64,000 bases of DNA from Macrostomum lignano (lineage: Eukaryota). Location of the stretch: NCBI GenBank assembly GCA_002269645.1, contig NIVC01000384.1, positions 1 to 64,000 of the forward strand, given 5' to 3'. Below, one piece after another: positions 35,937 to 47,461 of the stretch. The stretch's first letter is position 1, and every line of letters starts with the position of its first letter. The translations under genes were made by a program, and so were the position numbers. The notes below the pieces were generated by a model. That model had not been told where the DNA came from and did no database searches. It saw nothing but the letters and a program-made list of their open reading frames with translations.

Positions 35937-38049
35937 TTTTAACATTGTTTGCTTGTATAACAATTTTGCTTGTTATCACCTGTTATCACCTGTTTTTTAC
36001 TATACTTTTGTTGTGTTATTTGGATCTTCTTGGAGTGATTAATAAAAGTTTTTTGCAGACACAGCTTGTGTAAATCTATGACTGACCTTTCTCTACTTAA
36101 TTCCATATCTCATATTGGTATCATTTTAAAGAAGAGACTTGCCACTTTTAAATGACAGCAAACTCATGCAAGTGCAACTTTCTATATGTCCACACCAAGT
36201 AATAGTAACACTACTTTCCGGATGCCCCTTGTATTATGATGCTGCCCTATAAAAGGTTGGCTGACTAAACTACCTAGATAGGGCCTTATTCTAGTTTTCT
36301 AGCAGTTTCCACACTATAAAACCAGCTAATATGCTACCTGAATGGTATGTCAGTATAGGCTCAGGCATTAGCCCAATGTATCTTTGCAAGACCTTTTAGG
36401 ATAGCACTTTAAAGCCAACATCCAGCCAAATGCCTGGTCATTCAATTGGTATTGTTTTTGCAGCTCTGCTATATTGTGTTGCTGTCTCTTAGCTAGCAGT
36501 ATATTATGCAAGTATGCCACTACTAGGCTAAGCTAAATTAGCATACATGCGCAACAATTGGCCAATCTGGCTGACCAATTAGGCAGCCAACCAAGGTAAG
36601 TTGCAAAATGTCCTATTAGAAGGAATACAGATGTAGTACTAACTAGATGATGAGGCATTTAGCCTTAATAGGACAGAAATAGTTACTCTTGCCATTTACC
36701 CAAAATTGTGTTAATTTTGCTTTAGTTTCTTTTACAGATAAGTTGCATTTTTGGCCAAAAACGTCAAAACGATGTTACATTTTTTGTTAAAACTAAGTTG
36801 CATGGCCAACCAAATTTTGGAGGCTGCACATGTATGTGAATTAGAAGCCATCTGCCAAGAGATCTTCAATTATAAATGAGCTAATAAACAATATAGAAAT
36901 AGAATTGACATTTTTAGAATAAACAAAAACTTTAAAAATAAGACTTTCAAAAAAATTTTAACTAGGCACTCTAAAATATTGGCATCCAGAATATATTTTT
37001 AAGTAGTAGCACAACTAGGAAATTTGTTAAAGGGGTGGCAGATTCTGGAAGGTAAAGACCTCAATTAATACAATCAATACAATATTGAAATATTTGATTG
37101 ACTTTAATTACTATATAATAAGTTGTTTAATTATGATTATATAGTATATTTTTATTTTTTAAGAAAACTGAAATCATATACTAATAATGCTCATATCATA
37201 TCATATTATATCATAACAAAAATTATGACCAATTAGTTTCTATTGTGTTATATTGCCTAACCTAATAAAATTAAGTTAGTAAGTTAAGATTTTTTGTTTT
37301 ACTGCTAATGCTTTTGTCATTGACATTAACTAAGTTAAGATTTTTGTTAATGGTGCCTAACACTACTAGTCTGCTAGGCCTAGGGCCTATGGCTATGCCT
37401 AATGACGTAAGTAGAAGTCTAAGACCCCCGGATGTCAAAAGGTTACATGTAGGCTAGAAAGTTTTAATATACAAATGATTGCTTTCAAAGTTGGTGTACA
37501 AATTCATAACAATTTTTTGCATATAAATTTTGGTACATAAACTCATGCCATGCCAAGATTTTAATGTAAACTAACATTTTTATATAAAATAAAGGAAAAT
37601 TTGTATAGTTTAAAAAGTTAGTAATAAACTTTTTGCTTCTATTTTAAGAAAATTTTGTTTTTGGCATACACTAGCATATATTTAGCTAAGATAGGTTTCT
37701 TGTTCTGGCTTAGGCCTACACTACTACACAATCTGGACCCTGGCTAAGACCTAAGAAAAACTTAGGAAAAATTGAATATCTAAGCATTTTAATTAGGTTC
37801 AGGGTTTCATAATTCAAAATAAACTATTGATATCATTGTTATTTAACAAGGGTATTTCTTCTTACTCTATATATTTCAATCCTACTATTAAGCCACCAAG
37901 TGGTTGTAGGTCTACTTCTGTCCTCCAACTATCCCCTCTAAATGCCACCAAAGTTGTCTCTCTATTAAATTCCTACTGCTGGCAATAAGGTTATGTTTGG
38001 TTTGTATTAGTTTCCTAATTGTTTCTTAGAATCCCATTTAAGACATTTC

Positions 38050-38200
38050 TAGTAGCATTTAATATATTAGTCTGGTAGCATCTAATGTGTTAGTCTAGTA
38101 GCATTTTAATGTGTTAGTCTAGTAGCATCTAATGTATTAGTCTGGCAGCATCTAATGTGTTAGTCTGGTAGCATCTAATGTATTAGTCTGGTAGCATCTT
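38050..38200. repeat. ~23-bp minisatellite (TTAGTCTGGTAGCATCTAATGTG), ~6 copies
   Basis: Unit read directly. Confidence 0.85.
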
Positions 38201-39480
38201 ATGTATGGCCTGAGTAGTCTACTGGTACTTGTACTGTTCTTCCACTCTTTAGAGCGTCACCTGGATTAGAGGCTCTTCTTTCTCTAGAATTCCTTCATAT
38301 ATTTCCCTAATCCTTTTTCTTAGTAAGTTTCTAAGCACTTCAACTCTTTAGTTTTACAAATAACTAACTCAATAAGAATTTCAAGTTTAAGTCTAAGAAT
38401 ATTGTAACAAGCGTGATTGCTCTCATTGAAATTATCCCATTGCTGAGTTACCAAAGTTGTAACAGGCCTTTTAGCTCTCTCTAGAAATCCTAATAATGCC
38501 AAAAAAGTTGATATAGGGCTTGCTTCTGTCCTTAAAAATAATCCCACTGGTTAGCCACCTAGTTGTCCTTTATTTAACTATTGTACCTCTGCATAAAAAC
38601 TTGTACTTTTATTATTGGTAGCGTATCTGGGAGGCTACATATTTCACATAGGCCTAGTAAAACAAAAGGCTAAATTGTTTTATAGTTTTGCACACGGATT
38701 TAACATGGCTAATAACTGATTATTTTACTTGTATAAATTGCAATAATAACTAGACTTACCAAAGAAATACGAAAAGAAAAGGTTATAGGAGTAGAGGCTA
38801 GCACAGTTACATTAAAACTAGGTCATGAATAGTGTATGACCAAGATGGCTATATACTAAGATGGCCACAGCTCTCAATGGCTGCTTGGATAGGAATAGGT
38901 CTATATATTTCCTCATTTCCTATTGGCTATGATTAGGATAGGGTATGACCTAGCTTCAAGTCTTAGAGAAGACACATTTTGTTAGTAAAATTAAATTAGT
39001 AAAACAAAAAATACTTCCCTTTACAGCAGGTATAACTACCTACAGGTCTAATTAATTTATCTAATTTCTGGCACAAAAAGCAGAATATTTTTCTAAAATT
39101 TCAACTAAGGCTTAAGCATAGACGGCACAGGCATAGCATAGGTTGTAGATAAGATAGCAATGTTTTAATGAAGAAATTGAAAAGTTTTTTTACTATATAG
39201 ACAATGCATTACCCTACCCCGATTATCAATGGTGATGACTGCTGTAGGCACAATAGCAAAACTAAACTATTATCAGGCTTTTTATATTACTGATTCCAGA
39301 ACCAGAATTGGTTCAAACCTTTTCATATTGTCTGTTCTATTTTCAGAATTGGTTCAAGAACCATGTTCTGGTTCTGGAATTTGGATCAAGAAATTTTCTT
39401 GATCCATTGTCATGTTTTCACTTTAACAGTAAAATATATTAGAAATTGTCAATTTTTTTATTATTGGTAGGCCTATAAAT

Positions 39481-39804
39481 CAGGGTTTTTAATTTGTATG
39501 CAAATAGGGTGTAATTTACACCCTGAAATCTGGATTTGCACCAACTTTTCTGGCAATTAATGCAACTTGTGCATCTGCATTTTTTGAGATCAAGATGCAT
39601 GCAAGTCATTTTTTTAGCAAAACAAACAAAACATCATGCGTAAATATATATTGTTTCAATACTTTTTTGAATCTCCATTGAATACTTTCCCTAAATTTAG
39701 ACCTAGATGCAAGTTGCATCCTGGTTTTCATATTTTCATATTTCATATTTTTTAAGCTTGAGATGCAAGCTTGCATCCACAATTTTTGGCAGGAAAAAAC
39801 CCTG
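39481..39804. mobile_element. Possible MITE with CAGGGTTTTT / AAAAACCCTG termini and internal GATGCAAGTTGCATC palindromes
   Basis: 10-bp inverted termini; TSD not convincing. Confidence 0.4.
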
Positions 39805-40367
39805 GAATAAAATTTCTCCGCTTTTGTTTGTCATATCCAAAAGAAAACAAATTCAAGGAAAGACAAAATTAAACTGTAAAGACTGACAAACATAAAATGG
39901 GTTCGAAGCTTTTTATTTTCCTACCGGTTCTGGTTCTGGAATCGGAATTATTCTGGTTCTAGAATAGAACCGATCTTCGTGAAAAGCCTACATATACATA
40001 AGTTTCGTAAACGAAGTCGTTTTCAAAGAAAATCTTTTACTGAAAGAAATAAAAAAAATATGTAATAAAACAGTTCACTAAGCTTATAGTAAAATAAAAA
40101 CAGAGTTTTTTTTTAAAGTCGTTAAAAAATTGTTCGATTAAGTAAGTAGGACTTTTAAAAATATAAAATTTGTTTAACGTTAATCAATCGTAAATGATAA
40201 ATTAAAAAGACACGTGATTGTTCAAATTGTGGTCGTTGTAGAAAAGTAATTGTCAACTTAAGGAGTATTTCAACTTGCTTACAATACAAATTCATAAGCA
40301 CTTCGTCGATATTTTAATTCTTGACATTGTTATCTCGTTGAGAATAACCCTGTGAATTATTTACGTA

Positions 40368-40410
40368 ATGAGTGACGTCGAAGAAATGAAGGCCGGACAT
40401 CCTCCAGCTG
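40368..40410 (+). CDS. DAP: Death-associated protein 1, exon 1 (MSDVEEMKAGHPPA)
   Basis: Hallmark KAGHPPA(V) motif; phase-1 donor G|GTAAGA. Confidence 0.88.
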
Positions 40411-42999
40411 GTAAGACGCAATGGCATTACTTAAAGCCTAATTAAGTATTAATACTAAACTAGGATTATGCCGCCTATCGAAGTGACCTTCATAGTGCAC
40501 AACTGGTATAATAGGCATCTATAAAACTATACTTCACTCACTATGTCTTATAGACCTATAAATTGACCTAAAACATGTTTAATAAATTATTAAGGTTGCC
40601 ATAGTCCATTTTGTTACAGTTAGGCCTACGCCAGAAATATCTGGTGTAATTCTAGACAAAAATTAGCCTTAATGTAAATACTTAGCATAAAAAATTAATA
40701 GAAAAATGGGATGCATGCAAATTTGCGACAACCAAATTTGGTGACAAAAATTTAACACAGACAAATTTGGGAAAACAGTTTTCCCTATAGGCCTAGTGCA
40801 GCAGTTTTCAGCATTGTGAAAATTTGGTCTTATAAAGTTTTAGTCTTGTGAAGGGTAGTGCTTTTGGCATTGTGAAATTTTGGTCTTATGAAAGTAAGCC
40901 ATTTCCATGTTCAGGAAAGTGCACTATGTATGCCGCAACAAATCATTCGTAATTTTTTAACTATGCACCGTGCGCCAAAAAAATTATGTATTTACGTAAA
41001 TAATTTTACGTGTTTTTTAATTTTTAATTTTGAGTTTAAAAAAATGATTGTTGTAATATTTTTTCAGATATACAAATATGTAATGTTACCATATAATTAA
41101 AAAAACCTTTTTGTGCCATTTTAAATTGAAAAAAGCAAGTTTGTCATTGTGTTTCATCTTTTACATGCAAACAAAAAAGTTAATACAGTATAGACTGCGC
41201 CAGGTAAGATGCTCTGTGCATTGTATGTGCACACACGGCACAATAAATTTTCTTCTGTGCCATTTGCCCTGTGTGCGCCAAAAAAATCTTCTGTGTGCAT
41301 CACAATTTTGCGTGAAATCTACCACCTCTCTGACTGTGGCCCATTTTTATGGTTATAAATTATAGACTTATTATTAGTTTACCATAGTTATATATTGTCA
41401 TAGAAAAATATGCTAAGCCTAATAAATATTTCTAACAACCTATATTTTATGCTTTAAGAAAAAAAAATAAAATATTAATATTATACTAAAAATATAAAAA
41501 TAATAAATAATGATTAGAATAAAGAACTTATAATTCATTATAATATATCAAAAAATCTATCAATCAAATAATTTCATTGACATAAATGCCATTAAAAAAC
41601 CTGAAAAAGACTAATTTTAATATACTATCCTATCTAAAAAGTTTGATTGTCTTTTCTTAGTTAAATCACCTTACTTCTTCCAAGTAAGTTGCCAGTTTGG
41701 TTATAAAAGTTAACTAGAAAGATGGCAAAAGTTGTTTAATTTAAGACACCCAAGTTTATTTACTGTAGTTGGTGTTGCACAAAGTATATTTTTCACAATT
41801 AAATTGACATTCCCTTTATAAGCCATAATTATTTATTTTTGTATATACAATCAATAAGGTAGACAATAATGTCATTAGTTCCTGCTTAAATTGTGATTGC
41901 CACTTTATAATTTTTAACTAGGATATAATCTCATTTTTAGTTTATCACATTCTTATTTCAATATTAAATATTTACAATTAGATCAAGAATTTAACTAAGA
42001 ATATGTTTTAATTTTCTAGTTAAAATGCATTAGACTTATTGGTATTCTATATGCATGTATACTAATGTACATTAATGTATAGTTCAAAGGGGTCCATTTA
42101 TTTTATTCATTGCTTTTAGTAAACCATTTACTAAGCAGTTGCCATGCCTAAATTCTTTCCAGTACTTAAAGTACTAGCCTTATAGACCTCAATATTTGGT
42201 GTGCTGTATATGTCCATATGACATATTATTCCTTGAAAAAGAAGCTGTATCTCCATGGGGATCATTTGTGCTATATTGAAAAAGAACTTGTTAATAAGCA
42301 AATAGAACTAAAATTTCTTTGCTAGGCTCTATAGTTTAGCATATAATGCCAGCTTTCTAAGTCATTGTTAGTCCAAATCACTTGACATGAATATATAAAA
42401 TACTGTTGTTTTAACTATTTTAATGTCTAGAGCAGAGGCAGATATGAGTGGGTTGCAGTATAGCTACTAGTAGCCATCTCAAGCAGTTAGTCAATTTATG
42501 CTTAAAAGTTTTGGTTATTAAAAGCACTAGTGTCCTTTTGCAGTGCCATGATTCTTATGGTTTTGTTGTCCCTATTATCCAAGGCTCTTTCTTTAGTCTT
42601 GCAGCCAAGCATTTCTACATGTTTTGATAGTTGGCACAAAGTTATTGATACTAGCTAGTCCATTATAGGCATGCAAAATTGCTAGAACAATTTTGCTCTA
42701 TTAAAAATTTTTGAGTGGCAGTGGTACCCTCTTTGACTAAGTTGAACAACATGCATAAAAAACCTCGCAATGCATATGTATCCCAGGTATTACATATAGT
42801 GAGTGAGTCAGAGACAGTGCATTAAAATACACAGTGCTAGTAGATATATAGCAATGCAAAAGAGAAAAGTAAAACAATTTAATGTAAAATGGCAAGGCAG
42901 ATTGCTTAGACATTAAAAATGTTTGAAACCACATGCTTTACTCACCTATTATCAGTGTATACATGAAAGTTTATATGCATAGTAATGTCTTTTTTCATA

Positions 43000-44905
43000 A
43001 CTTCAAATTTAGTATCATGTAATACCTGTCTATATATAAAGATGTCATGGACATTACAGATAGAGCCACTTGGGTATAGTCACAAAGGGCAGTCATTAAA
43101 GGGGTTAGAATAGTCAACACAGAGATAGTAAAATGTTATCACAATATACTTAGCTGGTAAGAAGGGAAGCACCATTAGCTTTTGGTAGAATTGCTAAGTT
43201 CCATCATCACAGTATGTTGTCTGCAAGCCTAGCTGCTGATTGTGGTGCCAAATAGCCTGTCTGTAGTGTAAGACATATCTACAAATTGATGTTTATAGAA
43301 AGACAATTAAGTTGGCTTTTCAAATAGTGGCCTCAAATTTGAAAATGAAGCCCTCAGGTTCTGCATGGAAGACGATGGCCTTAAGTGCTTAATTTGATAA
43401 TGTAATTTCTTATCTGAATTATTTGCTCATTATCTTTGCAGCTTCTTCCAAACATAAATACATGTATGAAGGCAAGAGGTACTTGTTTCATATTATCTCT
43501 CTGTTATAGACAAATGCATGGATTTAATAAAGCTGCTGGAATGGATGTTGGCAGTGTTGCCATAGCTGCATAGCACAAATGTGCAAATATGTGCTAGACC
43601 TTAAATTTCTGCACAAATTAGACATTTTTGGATTGTTGACAATCTAGCAGAAGCAAAATGTCCAATTCTACTTCAAATGATGATACATTGATACTTCACT
43701 TATCAGTTATGGCTATTTTTGTTTGTACTTAAAATTAAAAACACTTTTTTATACTATTTTGTTCATTTTCAAGCATTAAGCAATTGATTTATCCTTTGAT
43801 TCAATTTAGGAAAGTTTTTAGGGATTTGAAAGTTTTTTTAAGCTGTGACTAAGAAAAATTAGGACAAGAAAAAAAGGATGCTGGACTGAATTTTTTCATT
43901 TGTTTCTTCATTTTACTAACAATAATCAGCTTAGGTTTCTACCTGCATATTTTTTTACCCTGCACAAAAATACTTTTGTTTTGAGTGGCAGCACTGGCTA
44001 TTAGTTAACATTGAAAATACCATTTATATACTACCATTTGGCTCATGTCAGCAGTAATAGCATGTCATCTTTTGCAAATATGATGTTGCAATGGCCATTA
44101 CCATGAATGTCACTATGGAGAAAGTTGTTAAGAATGGCATTCATGTCAATGTCAAAGTTAATTGTATCTGGCTCTTCTGGGTGGTCTTTGAAATAGTCTC
44201 AGTTGGCAACCTGTGCAAGGTTGTCAGGACTTGGCATTTTTGAAGCACCTTGAAAGTCATTGAGCACTTGCAGCAACATGTCTTGTGCAATGTGAGGTGC
44301 CAACAGATTTGAACAGAAACAGCTTTTTGTTGCACCTGAGTTTTAACATGCTGCTTTAACTTCCTCTCTGTTGGCCTATTAATTGGAAGGTAGATGTGGT
44401 GACTATGGTGAAATGTTGCCTTTCTGAATCACTGTGGTACCACTGTGTGCTTTGCACTATGAGCACTACCAATATGCATTGTCACCATGTCGGGGATACA
44501 CCAAAGCTGTACTGACTGTCCACAATTTTAACATCCTTCTTGTTTAAGCCATCAAGAATCAACTCAAAATCAGAAACTTCATGTGCTGTAATCACTAAAG
44601 TAGCTAGATCTCAAATGTTAATGCTAGCGTCTATTGGCCCACCATCCTGACTGACATTATTCCCATCCTTATCCTCATTCACATCCTCACCTTGCGTGAG
44701 TGTGATATCCTCATCATCAAAAATTCCTCCATTGATGGTTGTTGATCTGCATCTTGCTCCAGAGCATTATCATTGGCAGAGTCCTGTTGCTGCAGGATAT
44801 TGCAGTTGCTATTGCATGTGCAATTTCGCAAACAATGGCAGCCATCACACTGCAAACCTTGCTGACATTAGCAGACCTCATTTTTGCAAATGATGCACAA
44901 GCTAT
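43000..44905 (-). mobile_element. Degenerate Mutator/MULE transposase (PHD-like finger, FLYWCH-like domain, DDE) in DAP intron 1
   Basis: Across stops and frameshifts: CIICKNEVC*CQQGLQCDGC; KIVDSQYSF; MPSPDNLAQVAN; NFLHSDI...IIFAKDDMLLLL...W*YINGIF; IHAFVYNRDNMKQVPLAF; QAIWHHNQQLGLQTTY; QKLMVLPFLPAKYI. Confidence 0.75.
43552..43996. mobile_element. hAT-type MITE inserted in the MULE relic
   Basis: TIR CAGTGTTGCCA / TGGCAGCACTG; 8-bp flanks GATGTTGG / GCTATTAG match at 5/8; removing the element plus one TSD restores the MULE frame. Confidence 0.75.
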
Positions 44906-44907
44906 TA

Positions 44908-46201
44908 CGAGGGGGGTTCAAAAAGTTTTGTCGTTTGTACATTCAAACAAAAACTTTTGGGACAAGGCTACATTATTTTTCAAAATAATCTCCTTGGCGA
45001 TCAATACACTTCTGCCAACGGTCACGCAGCTCTTGGATGCCGCTGGTGTAGAAGGTTGCCGTCTGGTCCTCCAGCCACTGGTTCACGAGGGCGATGACTT
45101 CCTCATTGGACTCAAAATGGCGCCCTCGGAGTGGCTTCTTCAGCTGGCGAAACAAGTAGAAATCCGATGGGGCCAGGTCTGGTGAATAGGCAGGATGGGG
45201 CAGAATTTCGAATCCTGCAGTGGTGGCAGCATTCACTGCAACTTGGGCTGTGTGAGCAGGGGCGTTGTCATGAAGCAGCAGGGGGCAAGTACTCAACTTG
45301 CCTCGCCTCTTCCTGACAACTGCTTGACGAAGTCGGCCCAGCTGTTCAGCGTACCGCACACCTGTCACAGTGTGCCCCACTGGCAGGTACTCAGCAAGCA
45401 GCATCCCCTGACAATCCCAGAAAAAGCAGCCCAAGACCTTGTCAGCCGACTTCACTTGCTTGAACTTGCGAGGTGCACCTTCTCCTGGGCGCCGCCACTC
45501 CATGGAGTCACGCTTGGACTCAGGGTCGTAGTGGTGTAGCCAGCACTCATCTCCTGTTATGATTCGTCGCTCAAATCCATTTGGGTCCGCGTTGTACAGG
45601 TCAAGCATGAAGCGGCTAGAGTTCACTCGATTCAGCTTGTGGTCCCGCGAAAGCATTCGGGGCACCCAACGGGCACTGACCTTGTTGTACCCAAGGATTT
45701 GGTGCAGGATTTCCTCAACTGACCCAATTGAGATGCCAACAGTGTGTGCAATGCTGGCAACTCGAATTCGCCGATCTTCATCCAGGAGCTTGGCAACTGC
45801 ATCAACTTTCTCCTGGTTGGCGCTGGTAGCAGGGCGCCCACTCCGGGGGTCATCTTCAAGGGTCACCCTGCCTCGCTTAAATTCAGTATGGTGTCTCTCA
45901 ATTGTGCGTAGAGACGGGCAAGTTGTGGGGTACACAGACTTGATCTCTGCTTCGATTGCTATTGGCTTTAATCCTTTTAAGGTAAAAAATTTAATGAGAG
46001 CTCGATACTCCTGTTTCTCCATTTTGCTGAAAATGCAGGGGGTGCCTTGAGTTCTTGCTGAAAAAATGACTTCAAAAACTGATAGAAGATTGAACATCTG
46101 TCATATACACTCTATATAAAAGTGACTATTCTAAACCAAAAAAGTTTCATGAAAATATTATGTGATATAGCCAAACGACAAAACTTTTTGAACCCCCCTC
46201 G
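44908..46201 (-). mobile_element. Full-length mariner element (1294 bp), irritans-subfamily-like
   Basis: Perfect 30-bp TIRs CGAGGGGGGTTCAAAAAGTTTTGTCGTTTG (44908-44937 and 46172-46201); TA TSD on both sides. Confidence 0.97.
44973..46022 (-). CDS. Intact mariner transposase, 349 aa (DD34D)
   Basis: MEKQEYRALIKF start; HTH; RSGRP; WVPRML; TGDECW; HDNAPAH; YSPDLAPSDF; no stops. Confidence 0.95.
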   Translation of the reverse strand: MEKQEYRALIKFFTLKGLKPIAIEAEIKSVYPTTCPSLRTIERHHTEFKRGRVTLEDDPRSGRPATSANQEKVDAVAKLLDEDRRIRVASIAHTVGISIGSVEEILHQILGYNKVSARWVPRMLSRDHKLNRVNSSRFMLDLYNADPNGFERRIITGDECWLHHYDPESKRDSMEWRRPGEGAPRKFKQVKSADKVLGCFFWDCQGMLLAEYLPVGHTVTGVRYAEQLGRLRQAVVRKRRGKLSTCPLLLHDNAPAHTAQVAVNAATTAGFEILPHPAYSPDLAPSDFYLFRQLKKPLRGRHFESNEEVIALVNQWLEDQTATFYTSGIQELRDRWQKCIDRQGDYFEK

Positions 46202-46349
46202 TAATTTTAGGGAAATCAATATTCAATCTATCTAAATATACTAAATCTCTAATATTTGTATGTCCATAACGCTCTACAGATTGCAATTCTTCACCGATTT
46301 TCATCGCGTTTTCGCCAAAAGATTCAAAATTGTCTGGAAAGAAGACAGT

Positions 46350-46650
46350 TAAAATTTCTTTAATCTGTTTCAATGCTAAAGGGATTAAATATTCGAAAAA
46401 CATGATTTTTTGCAAAGGTCAAGCAGCTCTTTCGACTTGAAATGCATGGTAAGAATGCTAGATAAAAAACTGACTGGCTGAATTCTGATCCTGATAAAGA
46501 TTGCATCACAACAAGTTGAAAACACTGTGCCAAGTTGAAAGACAGAAATTGCGTAACCATATTGCTAACTTTAATTGAGACTGATACTGACTGCCTGAGT
46601 ATTTGATTATGTCATAGCTGCTTCGTGTGACTTTCACTCCAAGAGAATTT
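46350..46650 (+). repeat. Dispersed ~300-bp repeat; second copy at ~50720-51010, partial third at ~46690-46870
   Basis: Shared CAATGCTAAAGG...GCAAAGGTCAAGCAGCTC...GAATTCTGAT...GATTGCATCA...TTATGTCATA. Confidence 0.85.
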
Positions 46651-47032
46651 GTGTTAGTATTCGTGTAACGTTCTAGAGATCAAACCGATTGACCAATTTT
46701 AATCGTGTTTTCGCCAAAAGATTTGTAATTATCTGGAAGGAAGACAGTTAAAATTTATTTAATTGGCTTTAATGCTAAAGGTATTAAATATTCGAAAAAC
46801 GAGTTTTCCCAATGCTTTTAATGGAAGGCCAAGCAAGGTTGAATTCTTGACTGGCTGAATTCCAATTCTAATTATAATTGCGCCACATCCAATTCTAATT
46901 ATGATTGCGCCACAACTGCGTACTGCATATTCTCGCTATAAACTGACTCTGAGCTTTTTAGGTGGAGGCAGTGTGCCAAGCATTGCGCAGGCACTCTGGA
47001 GGGAGAGCGAAATCAGCCAGTGCATTTTAAAA

Positions 47033-47461
47033 GTATTGAAATAAAATAATGCTCAGTGGCTGCGTGTGTACATTCTTTTGACCTTGGCTGAACGGCTCTG
47101 CCGGCACCAAACATGTGCACACTGAGCAGCCTATCACTGCTATGTATTTGACCGCAATGTCTAAGCATATATGGCTGATTTTTGCGCCCTCCCATCAGTA
47201 GGCGGAATAGCCGCAGTGTAGGCACTAGGACTAGGTTTAGGCTAGGCGTAAGGTCCAAGGTTCGAGTCCGCCTCGCCGATGGATAATTAAAATTAAACAA
47301 GTTAATTCATTTATAGCTTGCCCCTCAACTAATTAAATCATTTTTTATTAATTAGTAAGCCACACTCAATGAAATATTTTTGCTATTCAGCACAAGTTGC
47401 TAAACAAATTGATTTTGTCAATGTTTATTTGTCAATTTGTCAATTTGAATTTGATTTGATT
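47033..47461 (+). mobile_element. Retroposon-like insert with a 20-bp TSD, an internal tRNA-like head and an (ATTTG)n tail
   Basis: TCAGCCAGTGCATTTTAAAA at 47013-47032 and 47462-47481; GGCGGAATAGCCGCAGTG...GGTTCGAGTCC at ~47200-47270. Confidence 0.6.

Noticed and set aside
38320-38547. 75-aa ORF
   Set aside because: AT-rich, no motif and no splice support.
44973-46097. 374-aa mariner ORF start at 46097
   Set aside because: Family alignment favours the ATG at 46022 (MEKQEY).
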